A stretch of DNA of 64,000 nucleotides from Penicillus capitatus (GCA_965649825.1 OZ287695.1:1601288-1665287), one strand, 5' to 3'; counted from the first letter of the stretch, positions 12,539 through 26,174 are shown. The notes: generated by a model from the sequence alone, not told the origin. Made by a program: numbers and translations.

Positions 12539-15239
12539 TCTGCTTCCTCTTATCGAATGAGAACAGTAAAATGATCGATTGTCTTTGTACCCTGAATGTG
12601 GAAAGCAAACAAATGGCCGTGTCCAATCGATCCGAAGACATGCGCCTGAGCAAGAGAGTTGAGTACACAAGCCGTGCGTTTGTGGCGAATGAGTGGGATA
12701 TTCGGATTCTAAAGCGCAAGGCCCCGTAATCGACGACAAAAGCTCGGGTATCCCCTGGAAGCTAGATTTCGTTCGCGGAAATGAACGCCGTCTTTGGTGA
12801 CGGTCCACGATGGTTATCAAAGCCGGGAGGTCGCCGCCTCGAAGGACCCGTCGCTCTGACCGTCTCTCGCCGACACATATTGTCCGCATCGTCCGCGTCG
12901 ACCGACGGAACTTAAACTAGGAAACTGCACCTGCTACTCACCGAAAAGCTTCGAGGAGCAGAAAATGCACCGCATGGCGCGAACACCATTTGCTTGGCAT
13001 ACGCCGAGGCGCGCAGTCGTGAACAGACGGGTAGACTTGGCCTTTCGGACGACGCATAAGACGGAGCATGTAAAGCGCGACTGCAAAAACGGAGCGTTTG
13101 GAATTGTGGCTACGAGAAAAAAGTCACGCTCCTTCGGCTAAAAGAAATCGAAGGTCGAGGGGACAAAAGTTTTTGTCCGGGTGGTGACCCTACGTCGGCC
13201 CCCGAACTTAGCTCGACGCTGTCCTTTCCCCGCCGTAACCCATCCAACTCGGCGCGGGCTCGCCAGACACAACCGGGTTAACTCTGATGGGACGTCCCTC
13301 CTCTGTGTCCGGCGCAGGAATCGAACCCCCGCGGTCGTACTTCTCGAACTGGTCCAACTGCACCATCCGCTTCGGGTCGATCCCGCAGTCAAGAAGACGC
13401 CGGCCCCATCGTATGCCCACCGGTGACGACTTCGCTGACGACTCCCCCGATCACACCCTGACGACTTTGTCCGCCGTCCACCGCGCGCCTACGACCTCCA
13501 AAAGCACATTCTTGACGACTCTCCTGATTGCTCCTTGACATGTCAAGTGGACAGACACGTTATTGCTTCGATTCTATACGCCCGGATCCGAAAAACGAAC
13601 TCCGTTGTCCTTGTTGCGGCGTACAAGATGGAGAGGCAGCTCTAAACCATCCGGCGGATGGTTTTCGTTGACGTGTCACCTCAACTTTCGAAGTTGCGTG
13701 GTATGTCAGGTTGAAAATAAGGGTCTCGCTAGAAACTTATTTTTTTGCAGCTTACTTGTTGTCGGCCTTTTGGTATTTCGTCTTCGACCAACATTGTATA
13801 TTCTGTCCACATCTTCAAGTAGGTCGATGGTAGTTCTTAGCGAACTCGGTGTGTAACGCCCGTTTTCTTGTAAAGAGTCGCGAACGGTTTGTAAATTATC
13901 TCTTTTCACCGTAAAAGAAACATTTCTAGGTAGGCGATGCCGATCATGCCAGCATAGTGGGTCAATCTTGTTTGCGTGTTCAGGGTACGTTGCCTCCGAT
14001 GTCTAGGGTCTTCTTTGCTTTTAAGTTTATTCTTTACTAATGGTTTCATCGCGTGCTGCTTGTGCCTGTTTAAAGTCCGCTGCCCGATTCAGACTTCAAA
14101 TGATTATTGCAAGATAACTTATACACTTTGGTTTAAATCCGATAACGAGAGCACTCTTTCTCTTGCATATCCCCAAAGCAACCCTAAGTTTGGATTAGAC
14201 TCGGCTGAGTCGTGTTGACTTTACGATAGAGTTCGTGCATTGAAGATTCGAGTTGTCACACCTAACGTACATGATGAGCTCATCGCGCGTCTTTAGAATG
14301 GAACGATCTATCTGTCGGAAAACGGGTTCGATGGCGAGTAAATTGATGCAACAACTACTATGAAAACAAGTATGAAACTGTTTGTTTGTGCATTCTCCTT
14401 TGTAAAACTCTTGTTTTCGGGTTGTTTTCTCGAGGATTTTTATACTATCCGCATTGTAATCAATCAATTTCTTCTGACACGATGGAGATTACCCAGGGAA
14501 GGTTACAATCGTCCATCCAACGGAGAGTGAGTATTGTCTATCGTGTTCCACGGGGCATTCGAGGGGACTCTACATGAGCGCTCCTTATCATTTTAACAGA
14601 ACGGCTTCCTGGAAAGTGACTTGCACAGAAGCTAGACAAACAAAAGTTTTCGTGTCGTGAGTAGGAGGTATACCAAGCCAAAGGAAGTGAGGTGTGTTAT
14701 GAGTGACATCGACGAGTCCGATGGTCCGTTTGATTTGGTCCATTGTGGACACCGGGGTCGGATGAGAATCCGCACCAAACTCCAAGAAAGAAAGAAGATA
14801 CCATGCGAGTCTTGAGAAGTTCATTTCTCGTCTTTTAGAGTACATAGGGTTTACCATTCGTCTGACTCCGTTGTGCCCACCTCTGACAAGCCATCTCCGG
14901 CCAAGCGGCCAGAGATCGGACGCGGATTCTGCTTCCCAGGGCAAGCGCGTCGCACAGCACAAGGCAGTCGTGTTGCGCGTGCACTGTTAGTAATAACCAC
15001 ACGCGCGTCAACAGATGGACAGAACAGACAGGGTTCGTCAGAATAGCTAACCGCAACGCCAGTCGTGGGCCGACCGTCCTTTCGAACCGTCGCGTGATCG
15101 TGGTGGTGATTTAGTCCACTGCCTTAAGAAAGAGAAGCCACAAGATTCGTTTGTCGTCGGTAGTGCGTGCCTCAGCAGCGTGTGCTCCAATTCTTTCTTT
15201 CTGCCAGAGCACTCAAACTTCCAGGGCTTCTTGGGCCCA

Positions 15240-16921
15240 ATGCAGAGAAACCACAGGGTCATCGCCGCTGCCTTCTTCGCGGTGTCCGTTCTCCTGCTGT
15301 CCTCGTGGTTCGGAGTGCTGGAGGGCCCCATTCAGTTTCAAACCGCGCGCTGGCAGGGACAGTCGTATCCTCCGAGGGCTTCCAACACCGGGCAGACACC
15401 GCGATGCCGAGACCCCTCGTCCGCTCCTCCGCGGCAGCTGCCATATCAGATTCCTTCGCGGTCGGGGACCCTGTGCCTCCCGCGCCGTTCCGCGTGGTCC
15501 AGTTCCCGCGTCTGACGGACGCCGTCTCCCGCGTCTGCTCGCAAGACTCTGAAGGCTGTCTGCTCTACGAGCAGTTCATGCGAGCGCTCAGCCAGCGGGC
15601 GACGTTCGCCGGCTCGGGGGCCCGTCTCCACGTCGTCCAGCTGGATCCTCTGGTCTGGCTGCGCAACGTCGACGAGGTCGTCTACGGACACGTGGTCGAC
15701 GAGATCGCCGACGGGATCAGGACTTCGCGGGAGCACATCCGGTTCAGGGGATCCGACTTCCTCCTCGTCTGCCTGACGCGCTACTGCCAGAGGTTCGCCG
15801 AGGAGCTCGCCCCGATCATCTCGAAGGACATGGGAACGCGCGTCATCTTCGCCGGGGTGGACATCGACGTCCACCGACTCAAGTGGCCCTGTCCGCTGAG
15901 GCTGATCAGGATCGACGCGGGGAAACTTGCAGACCTGGGCCGACTGTCGGACGAACTCGTGCACCTGGCCAGCGTCATGGTCCATCGCTCGAACCGATGG
16001 ATCTGCTACGACGGGGAACGCGCGGCGAGCTACTTCGGAGAGCACACCGCGAACAAGTCGGCCGGCGGGATGTGGTTGGAAGAGTATCCAAACGCCGCGT
16101 CTGTCGGAACGGGAGACATCTGCCCGTGCTGTGTCTGTTTAGGCAAAACCTGCTCATGTGTCACATCCCAAAATGCGGCAGCACCATGACGACGTTGTTG
16201 GTCCGTCGACTCATGCACAGGGAAGACTGGAATTCGACGAACGGTGGCCTGCCTCACAATCCGTCGAAGAACGGGGTGATCTATGTCGGAAACAAAGAAG
16301 CCTTCCAGCGGACGAAGGCGAGTTCCACTGTTTGCTCTGCCGAGTCCTTACGTTCCCTTTGGACTCCAGAGGATCTACGACGACCCGCATGTTATAAATG
16401 CCGTCATCGTCAGGCACCCCATAGCCCGATTGCTCTCTGGCTACTTGGACAAGATAGTAGCGCGTTCTGAGTACTGGCGAATAGAGGATCTTCCAGCCTA
16501 CGTCGCGGAGTATGGAGTTCCAAGCTTTCCGCAGTTTGTCGACTTTCTGTTCGAGAAATACCCGGATCCCTACAACGTCGACGACATCCATTTCAACATC
16601 CAATCAAACCACTGTGGCCTGCAGCACCACTCCATGGACTTCGTAGGGCATCTTGACGATCTCGGTCCTGACTTTGAGGAGTTCGCCAAATCCGTAGACA
16701 TCTGGGACGACTACGTGTCGACTGGCTGGGGAAAAGACGGCTCCCAGGCATTCGGTGCGAAGTCCTACGAAGAAGTCCAGCACCACTCGGAGGACCACCT
16801 GTGGGAGCAGTACACGACTGAGCTGGCGAACAAAGTCTTCCAGTACTACAGGGACGACTTCCTCCGCTTCGGTTTCTCCCTCCAGTCGATAATGGACAGA
16901 GAGCCCGACAGCCATCCCTGA
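15240..16921 (+). pseudogene. Carbohydrate sulfotransferase (Sulfotransfer_2-like), frameshifted duplicate
   Basis: PAPS motifs CHIPKCGST and VRHPIARLLSGYLDK are present. A 1-nt deletion at ~15370 (TATCCTCCGAG versus TATCCCTTCGAG in the other copy) uncouples the TM anchor from the rest. Confidence 0.75.
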
Positions 16922-17193
16922 TCATCGCTGCTTCGTCTTTCTCGACTTCTTTGCACGGAATACCTTGTTTGATGCGATTATTTCTTTCTGGGCGGAGGAG
17001 CTTTCTTCTTTCTGACTGTTCTTGGTCTCTGCGAGCAAGTCTGCGTTGATTTCTGCGACGGTGCGAGGAAGGGGGCATCTGTCGTCTCAAGACCGGAGTC
17101 AATTCAAGACCGATGAGTCCCGTTTCTGTGACACGACTTTTTACAAAACTGTTTGCGCTAAAAAGACTCGCCGCGCGACCGCCGTCTTCGTTC

Positions 17194-18169
17194 TCACTCT
17201 TGTTCCTCGTCTTCCGTGTCCAGTCCTGTCGCGGAGAAACGAGACTCGAGGTCGTCGTCGCCTCCGATCCACGCTGACCTGGAATGTAGAGCAGTTGGAC
17301 GTCGATGACGAGTGGAGTGTTCGCCTCGACCCTCGGTCTGCAACCAGTCCACGTCTGTCTGTCTGTCTGCTGGATGCTAATCACCTTCCGGGCGCCGCCT
17401 TCAGGTCCTTCGTGAACCCGAGGCTGCCGGGAACGTAGAGACGACGCGTGCTGCCGACCCTCATCGTGGACAGACCCTCCTCCAGTCCCGCCAGGACCTG
17501 CCCGCCTCCCACCCTGGACGGGCCGCTCGGTCGTCGGCTGAAGGATGGAGACTGCGAACTCGCCTGATGTCGTAGGGCACGTTGCGCTCCTTGCTGCTGT
17601 CGACCTGCTGTCCATCCCGAGTCAGTGTGACCACGTGCGCGACCACCTGCGACGAACGACCGACTGCCTCGACGGAATCCTCATCGCGTTGGATGCCTCG
17701 CCAGGAATCCCGTCGGCGGTTTTGGCCCTCTGCCGACGACCAGATCCTTGAATTGCAGTCCGGAGGATGTGGTCACCGTCTCGATGCTGTCCAGTCGGGC
17801 AGCACAGTCTTCGTCGCAGATCGGCGTGGTGGGCATCGAATCCGCCAGTCCCTCGCTGAACAGAGACAGACAGTCTTCCCGGGGCTGCGCCGACGAGAAA
17901 CTTCTCACCCGGACTGCAGGAACGGCGCGACGGACAGAGCGGTTCCGCCGATCAGTGTTCTTCTCGAGAGGAAGCCGTCCGTCTTCGGGGCAGATTTGTG
18001 AACGGGACGGACACCCTGTCGAAACAGTGATGGCGAGCGAACGCCGAGTCGTCGCTCGGGATCTGTTCCGAAGACGGACGCGAACTTGTCGCTCGGCGCA
18101 GGGCGATCTGAATTCGGCGCTCGGCCGAAGTTCGACGGCGTTGCGAATCTCCTTCGTCGTCGAACGCAT
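17194..18169 (-). CDS. FKBP16-3: Thylakoid-lumen FKBP peptidyl-prolyl isomerase (FKBP16-3 type), duplicate copy
   Basis: Near-identical to 35082-36044, with Tat signal FLSRRTLIGGTALSVAPFLQSGEGLA. No disabling change seen after splicing. Confidence 0.78.
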
Positions 18170-18259
18170 TCTGTCTAGAAATCTGTTGAAATGGACACGA
18201 TGTACGCAGCTGATTGGATCGATTTGTTGGCAGTCCGTGTCATCGCCGACTTGTCTCTG

Positions 18260-19169
18260 ATGTTCTCGATCGATGATTTACTGAGACAAAAGAGCGCAGC
18301 CGAGAGGCTGTCGGACGGACTCGTCCATCTCAAGGCCAAGCCTCCGAATGGGATGTTTCGTTGGGAAGGCGTTGTCAGTCGGAGTGGCATCGCCACTGCC
18401 GTAAACAATGTCATACGACCCAAGGTCAACCTCCTGCCGTCGCAGCAGCCTCGAGCTCCTCTCTGCCTCAGGGACCCGGAACGTGTGACCACAACAGGAC
18501 GGAGCGGATAGCAAACATCCTCACGTCGATTCCATTCCTGGCAGTAGGCGTCCACACCATACGGTCGACGATCGTTTTTTCCCCGAATTGTCTGAAGAGC
18601 CTCTCTGTCCAGAAAAAGGAGGACCTCTGCTGGAAAGCTGTATGGAGGGAGTCTGATAGGTGTGGGTGCTGCTTCGGGAATGTTCCATGCTTCGAAGGGT
18701 CGCTGGAGGGCATTGGCCAGGAAGATCGATTACTGGACGTGTGCTGTGTCTGCCACGTGTTTGTCCAGATGTCTGTTTCCTGAAATGCCAAATGTGGTCT
18801 TTGTGGCCTGTCTGGGGATGATTCCCTTTCGGCCTCTGCTCGTCACCTCTCTGAACACAGTTGCTGCCGAGGTAGGCTTCCGATCGAAACACTTTGATCA
18901 AAGGTTTTCCTCCCACGATGTAGGCTCAGTTTCATCGAAGAAGCATTGATAATCATCGACTGAAAACTTGTCAGTTGCGGCATAATGCTGCCACCGCGAT
19001 AGGGGGCAGCCTTTTCTTTGTCGAGAACAAACAAACTAAAATACCTTTGATGCATGCCGCATGGCATTTGGTCTCTTGTGTGGCTTTAGGCACAACGAAT
19101 GGTCTGTTGTTAGATGTCGAACAGACCACCATTGATTCGAGAACTGACGATCCCTGTCATCTTTACTAA
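18260..19169 (+). CDS. Multi-pass membrane protein, CREST-superfamily-like, copy 1
   Basis: GPGTCDHNRTERIANILTSIPFLAVG, ASGMFHAS (SxxxH), RKIDYW and HAAWHL (HxxWH); 4 exons. Confidence 0.7.
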
Positions 19170-20022
19170 TGCACTCTTCCATATCTCGAAATTGAGAGAC
19201 ATAAATGGAGACACGTTGCCTTGCTCTGGTTGAAAAACTAAACGCTTAACAAATGCCATGATATCGGGTGTAAGGGGGAACTGTTCTTCAATCGGACCGC
19301 AGATAGTATCGAAACCTATCAATCGTTCGCAGAGTCGCACCAGACGCCAATCCTCCGCGGCATACAAAAATTTGATGACAGCACGTCGCCCACGGCTGAC
19401 TGCGTTTTTGCCCGATCTTCATTGCTTATACGAAACATCGACGACTGTGTCCGCCGTCTGACTTTTCAAGATATCCGTCGCTCTATTAGGTTTCCTCCTG
19501 TAAGACAAACAGACGGAAGTACCTTTCCCTCTCGAGAGAATAGAGCACATCGTTTCCTGCATCTCGCTATTTTGAATCCTGGAGTTGAGATTACAGATCT
19601 CCTTTGCCAAGCAATACGACGCAGCATTCGGCTACTTGAACGCAGGTCGACGACAGATAGTACAGTCCAGACGGTTCTGCGATAAGTATGGAGGTGACTG
19701 ACGTTCACAACATATAACCGCAGCGTCCCACGCTCAATTAAGAAGGGGATTAGGTCACGCCGTGATCTCTCTCCACTTCAATCGCAGCATTCGGCGCCGA
19801 TCCTTTGGGTATTGAATGGCAGTCATGTGGCAATCGCTTCAGAATTTCATATCCACATGCATGAGAATGTCCACAGCGTATGTGTCGAGCCGAGCGGTTG
19901 GGGAGACTTAACAGCGCGGATTCGCTTCCATTTCATCCGCGGCTTTTGCATTACACAGGCACTTCGCACTTCGCTCTTGTTTTGACAGAAAGCATTCGCA
20001 ACCTCCCTATAGATGCGACAGA

Positions 20023-20960
20023 ATGAGTCAGTCGCCGATGGAAGACGATAGCTCGAGACGCCCGGATGGCAGATTGCCTGAAGACATGAGATCTATGGGT
20101 AGCGCCGCCTTTCGTGTTTGCCCTTGACGTTTCAGGCTAGGTCGTCTTTGCTGCAGATATCAAGACGGGCGAACTGCGTCAGCCTTCCGGTTCAGCGTCG
20201 ATGTCGGTCGGCTCTACCCGAGTTCTCGTTGCCGCGTACGTCTTCCTATCCGGGCGGTCGCTCGTTATCCAGACGGTTTTCCATCCACATGTCTGTCTAG
20301 TTATGGGCCCAAGCCTCTGGAACGTCGACAGGCTTTCTCCAGTACGGGAATTATTTCGTGTGACATCAAAACATCTAAAGGCGTGAGCAAAGTACAGTGA
20401 TGATAAGAATTCTAACCTATCATGCCATTCTCTCTTTCGGATAGGAGACCTCGAGAATTGTTAAGAACGTGTTAGAGGCCACACTTCATTTGGAAACCTT
20501 TCCCAATGCCTGTTTGGAAGTCCAGGGGGTGGTCCTCCAGTCGGACGGTGCAGAACTGGGGACATTGATCAACACGACCAGTCTCGCTGTTGCACATGCC
20601 GGTATTGATATGACGGATACAGTGACAGCCTGCCACATGGTCTGTCGCATAAGAGCGAGGATGGCCATTCCTACCAATGGTCTCTCTATCCCGCAGGTGG
20701 GGCATGGGGATGTCTTCCTGATGGATCCAACAGACAAGGAGCAACAAGAAGCAGACTTCGAAATGATCCTCGCTGCACATCCCTCTACAGATCAGGTAAC
20801 GCGGCACAACAGATCTTCACAGAGATCTCAGGTTGCGTGATAGGTATGCCATTTCTCTATGAATGGCACAATCGAGGATGCATTAATGACAAGAGCATTG
20901 GAGCGTTGTCTGCAAGGATGCGCCGAAATCAAAGAACGTATAAGAAATGCATTGACGTAA
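20023..20960 (+). CDS. Exosome RNase PH-like subunit (MTR3/RRP41-like)
   Basis: RRPDGRLPEDMR, GSASMSVGSTRVLVAA|YGPK, FPNACLEVQGVVLQSDG and DPTDKEQ. Confidence 0.82.
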
Positions 20961-21242
20961 CGTGCGTGCGCATCGAATTTCCCTTAAACCCAAAACTTAC
21001 CAACATGTATTATATGATCGTTTCATGAGCCTATAAACCCAAGGGTACAATGATTCGGTTGTTTTTCATTATTGACGTGGCAAATCTTCATGACGACGTG
21101 ACAATGAGTTGAAAATCTATTCCTTCAATATGACGACTGCGATCGGCGCGCATTGCCCGTCGTATTATCAAATCGTCACATCGTTTGACGTTCGCCCATC
21201 GATTGTACATCGTCTGTGACCGAAGCGCGCTGCTGCTCTGGT

Positions 21243-22477
21243 ATGGTGGCGAATGAAGCACATATTCTTGCAGCGTCGTCTCCACGTCGTCGGCCGAATG
21301 CTCTCTTCAGACGCAAGGTGAAAATGGACGGCGGCGGAGTAAGGCGTCGACTCCCACCGTTCTCGGTATTTGGCTTTGCGCCAAAGTTCTTCTACAATCC
21401 ACTCGTCCTGCTGCTGGAGTATGAACATCGCCTTCTGGCACAGCCGCTTCGCAGAGTGCACAAATTCGTGGCACAGGTACTGCTTCCCAGCTGTATTATG
21501 CTCCTCCAACGGTTGGGCAGACGGTACAGGACGGGTTGCTGCGGTCTTTGATATCGTTTCTGTCCAATAAAAAGTCGAAAAGGGATGCATCGCGTCTGAA
21601 AGGATCCGAACGGCATCCCAGACGGTACGTCTATCGATGCTGATTTTCATCAAATAACACTCAGTGGGATGCACAGTGCTCGTGCAGAGGCGAAGCGCTG
21701 TTGGGAGAAGGCTCAGCGGCTTGAAAAAGACATGGATTTGAAGGGAGCCATTGCTTCTCTTGAACACGCCGTCGATCTACAACCGAAAAACATGAAATAC
21801 TTGGGACTGCTTTCGAAGCAGTATACAGACATGAGCTTCTCACCTGGCATTTCTCAAGAAGAGGCACGCGAATACAATAAAAAGGCGTTAGACGTGGCAG
21901 AGAGAATGGTGATTGCAGATCCGAAGAATCCAACCGGTCACATCGCGCGATGTGTGAGCAAAGGACGCCTCGCCTATTACAGTGACAACCGAACAAAGAT
22001 TGAACTGGCCAAAGAGGCCCAGGAATCAGTTAAAGACGTTTTGGAATTGGATCCAAATTCGGAGTTTGGACATCATCTCATGGGACGATTCGAATACGAG
22101 ATGGCAGGACTGAACATCCTGTGTCGCACAATTGTTCGCGTGGTCTACGGGACAAGTCTCAGTCCAGGATCGTATTCCAGTGCACTGGAAGCGTTCCGAA
22201 AAGCACACGATCTTAATCCGGAACGTGTGATTCACAAAGTCCTTCTGGGCAAGACTTACATGAAACTGGGTCAACACGAACTGGCTATAGAAGCTCTGCA
22301 GGTAAAGAGAGCGATTCATCCCTGTCGTCGATCATCATTGTCAGCGAGTCTGTTGTTTAGGAAGCTGTGCATCTTGATGTGACAGACATTAATGATCATC
22401 TCGAGCGTCTAGATGGAGAAAAGCTGCTGATGACCCTGAATAATAAAAAAAGAAACCGACTTCCATCCAAATCCTAA
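21243..22477 (+). CDS. TPR protein resembling regulator of microtubule dynamics (RMDN/FAM82)
   Basis: Helical repeats KALDVAERMVIADPKN, GHHLMGRFEYEMAGL and YSSALEAFRKAHDLNP in ORF 21669..22382. The 5' exons are tentative. Confidence 0.65.
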
Positions 22478-22711
22478 CGCTATTCGTCGCATTCACGATT
22501 TGTTTATTTGACATCAATGATAGCTGTAGAATATGAGGTTAACGTACAGATTCTGTCTATCATGTGTCTTAATTTTGCTGTGCGAACGTTGGGCCCGTAG
22601 GCGGGACAGAGAGTGGGTAAACGATTTAAACTTAGTAACGGGTTTTCTCCGAGTGTAAAGTCTTAGAAAAATGGATGGAGATAGATGCATCGACTGACGT
22701 CATTTCGGAAG

Positions 22712-23884
<1,173 letters not shown>

Positions 23885-24069
23885 TGGATATCTCAAAAGC
23901 GAACGATCTCGGTTTTTGTGTTCTCTTCTGAAAAAGACCCTCAGTTAAAACGCCTGGAGAATCCATTCTCTTTCTGTTGCTTGCCGAAAACGCGCATTGA
24001 TTTTGTGCATCTGACGAAAGGGCCAAAACATTCAGTTCTTGGAGCTACAGAGGTAGGGGACGACGCGAC

Positions 24070-25306
24070 ATGCAGTTAGGAGCTTTGCGCCGTGTGGTTT
24101 CGCAACCGAACGATATCCTCAGACGCCTTCTGTGTCGATCACGTATGCATCGTGTTCCTTTGCGATGCCAACGACCCTGGTCTGGTTCAGTCTACGAGAG
24201 CAGAGTGGATCTCACGACTCCGGGAGAGGATAGACGAAATGACAAGGTCGGCGATCACAGAGTCCTTGGAATCGCATTTGATACTGCTGCCGTTGTCTAT
24301 AGAAGAAAAGAAAGACCCGTTTGGACGAGTACCTCATCGGGCAGTATCCTCAGCATTCCGAAGCTTCGTTGAGAGCGTGGATTGCCCGTCGGAAGGTGAA
24401 AGTCGATTCCAAAGTGGTGGAAAAGGCAGGGGCAAGCGTATCCGAAGGCCAGCGAGGTTAAACACGCTTTATCTTGGATTAAGAGATCGGGACGTGTATC
24501 CACTTTAGTCGTTCTAAATGTACAGGAGACACGTTTCGTGTCAAGAGCGGGGTACAAACTGGATGCGGCGATTCAGCATTTCGGAATCCACGTAAAGGAT
24601 AAGTATTGTCTCGATGCTGGGATCGGAACAGGCGGATTCACGGATTGTCTATTGCAATACGGTGCTATCAAAGTTGAGCGCGTCCATGTACAAGGGACAA
24701 ATCATGAACGCAGCTTATGGAGTAGGTGTATGGCGTGGATGTGGGCTATGGTGATGTTGACTACTGCCTTCGGACCAATCCACGTGTTGAACTGCTCGAA
24801 AGGACGAATCTGCGATATCTGGACCCGTCCTTGATCGAACATGCAATTGACCTTGTCACCCTCGATCTCTCGTTTATCTCTGTTCTGAAGGTGACGACTG
24901 TGATTCTGCCTTGTGCAAAGAGCAGAGGTATTTGGACTGTCAGGTGATACCTGTTGTGGCCGATCTGATGAACTCGAACGGCGAAATGGTTGTTCTCATA
25001 AAGCCACAGTACGAGGCCAACAGGGAGGATGTGCAAGAAGGCGGTATTGTCAATGATCCAAGGGTACATGAAGAAGTCATTGAGAAAATCAAGCACGGTG
25101 CGTTACCGATAAAGTATGAAGGATCTGGTAGATCGTATCATAACGCTCCTCAGGCATCGAGGATGAAGGGTTCGAATGCTCAGGTGTGATCGCATCACCA
25201 CTCAAGGTGCCAATACAGCAAGATATTGTATGCTCTATTGCGAGGAGGTGCTTAGGGAAAAGATTCTGAGAATATTGAATACGTGGCACACTTCCGATAT
25301 CTGTAG
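24070..25306 (+). CDS. TlyA/hemolysin-A-like rRNA 2'-O-methyltransferase (S4 + FtsJ), organelle-targeted
   Basis: S4 segment KTRLDEYL..WIARRKVKVD, FVSRAGYKL, LDAGIGTGGFTDCLLQ, YGVDVGYG, DLSFIS and LIKPQYEA. Confidence 0.88.
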
Positions 25307-25347
25307 TCGCTGTCAAAACTGGCGGATGTACAAAGTTTAGACGATGT

Positions 25348-26174
25348 TCACTCATCCGTGATTGTGATTCCCATGTTCAAGGCAGTTCCTTCGACGGTCT
25401 TGATGGCTGCTTCGACATTACGGCAATTGAGGTCTGGCAGTTTCGTTTCGGCAATCTCTTTGAGCTGTGCTCGAGTTACCTGCCCAACCGCTTCCTTTCG
25501 TGGATTGCCGGATCCCTTCTGAATCCCTGTTTCAAGCAACACATCCAAAAAGCATGGAACCGTATAGAGCATTCAAACCTGCTGCCTTTTTCAGAAGAAA
25601 CGAAGCAGGCGGTGTCTTGGTAATGAAGGTAAACGTACGATCCTAATTCGCATCATCCGTCATTCGGGGAAGACTGTCGAGGTAGAGAAAAACCTCGTAG
25701 ACAGTTATCTCGACAGGGACGATTTGACCCGTCTTGTCTGCTGTCTCTGCGTTGTATCGCTTGCAAAAATCCATGATATTCACACCCTAAAATCAATATG
25801 TGATGTGACATGTCGGCATCATGAGCATGGATACCCGAGCTCCCAAAGCTGGACCGACAGGAGGTGCAGGATTCGCCTTACCCGCCTCCAAAGCCAACGT
25901 TATCTTTCCAGTCGCTGGAAGTGAACAATGTTCAAGTCACGATCCTCATGTCGCGACACAGACGACCTTTTGCAGCCATGGCAAAAACAGAATGCGTCAT
26001 CTCCCGTCTCGTGTAGTGGGCACGTCGACGCAGAGCTCCTGGAGATGTTAGGGCACTCGATCTCTGTACAAAGCCGCTGGACGTCGAGCAGAGCTCAAGG
26101 GGTTTCGCCGATCGCCTCTCTGTCGCCGTGCGATTCATCGCAGAGCCATGGACAAAACCCGAACAAGACATCAT
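25348..26174 (-). CDS. RPL11: Plastid ribosomal protein uL11c
   Basis: [41 protein letters not shown] and [11 protein letters not shown], with a transit peptide. Confidence 0.9.

Larger units (their letters stand above)
14650..19169. repeat. Inverted segmental duplicate (derived copy) of 30479-31445 plus 35043-38581
   Basis: Reverse complement matches by eye. 14650-18207 corresponds to 38581-35043 and 18208-19169 to 31441-30479. Near-identical up to ~18798, clearly diverged after. Confidence 0.95.

Noticed and set aside
13200-13245. Short resemblance to an LSU rRNA domain V segment (GCGGGGAAAG..GAGCT)
   Set aside because: Only about 10 nt match and the flanks do not continue the similarity.
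13300-13345. tRNA-like T-loop GGTTCGATTCC on the minus strand
   Set aside because: The T-stem has a mismatch, and no matching acceptor 5' strand or D and anticodon arms were found.
16090-16145. Frame change before the sulfotransferase PAPS motif, plus a 1-nt difference between copies
   Set aside because: It falls within a 58-59-nt intron (GTATCC..TTTAG) that restores WLEE|QNLLMC in both copies.
15446-17615. Long antisense or alternative-frame ORFs (15446..16045, 16593..17615 and their copies 37077..37787 and 35623..36135)
   Set aside because: These are shadows of GC-rich coding sequence with few stop codons and show no protein-family signal.
18030-18050. 11-nt indel between the FKBP copies that looks like a frameshift
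   Set aside because: It lies inside the predicted first intron (59 versus 70 nt).
14650-19169. Duplicated block as a transposon or integrated virus
   Set aside because: It contains only host-type intron-bearing genes; no transposase, integrase, terminal repeats or target-site duplication were seen.
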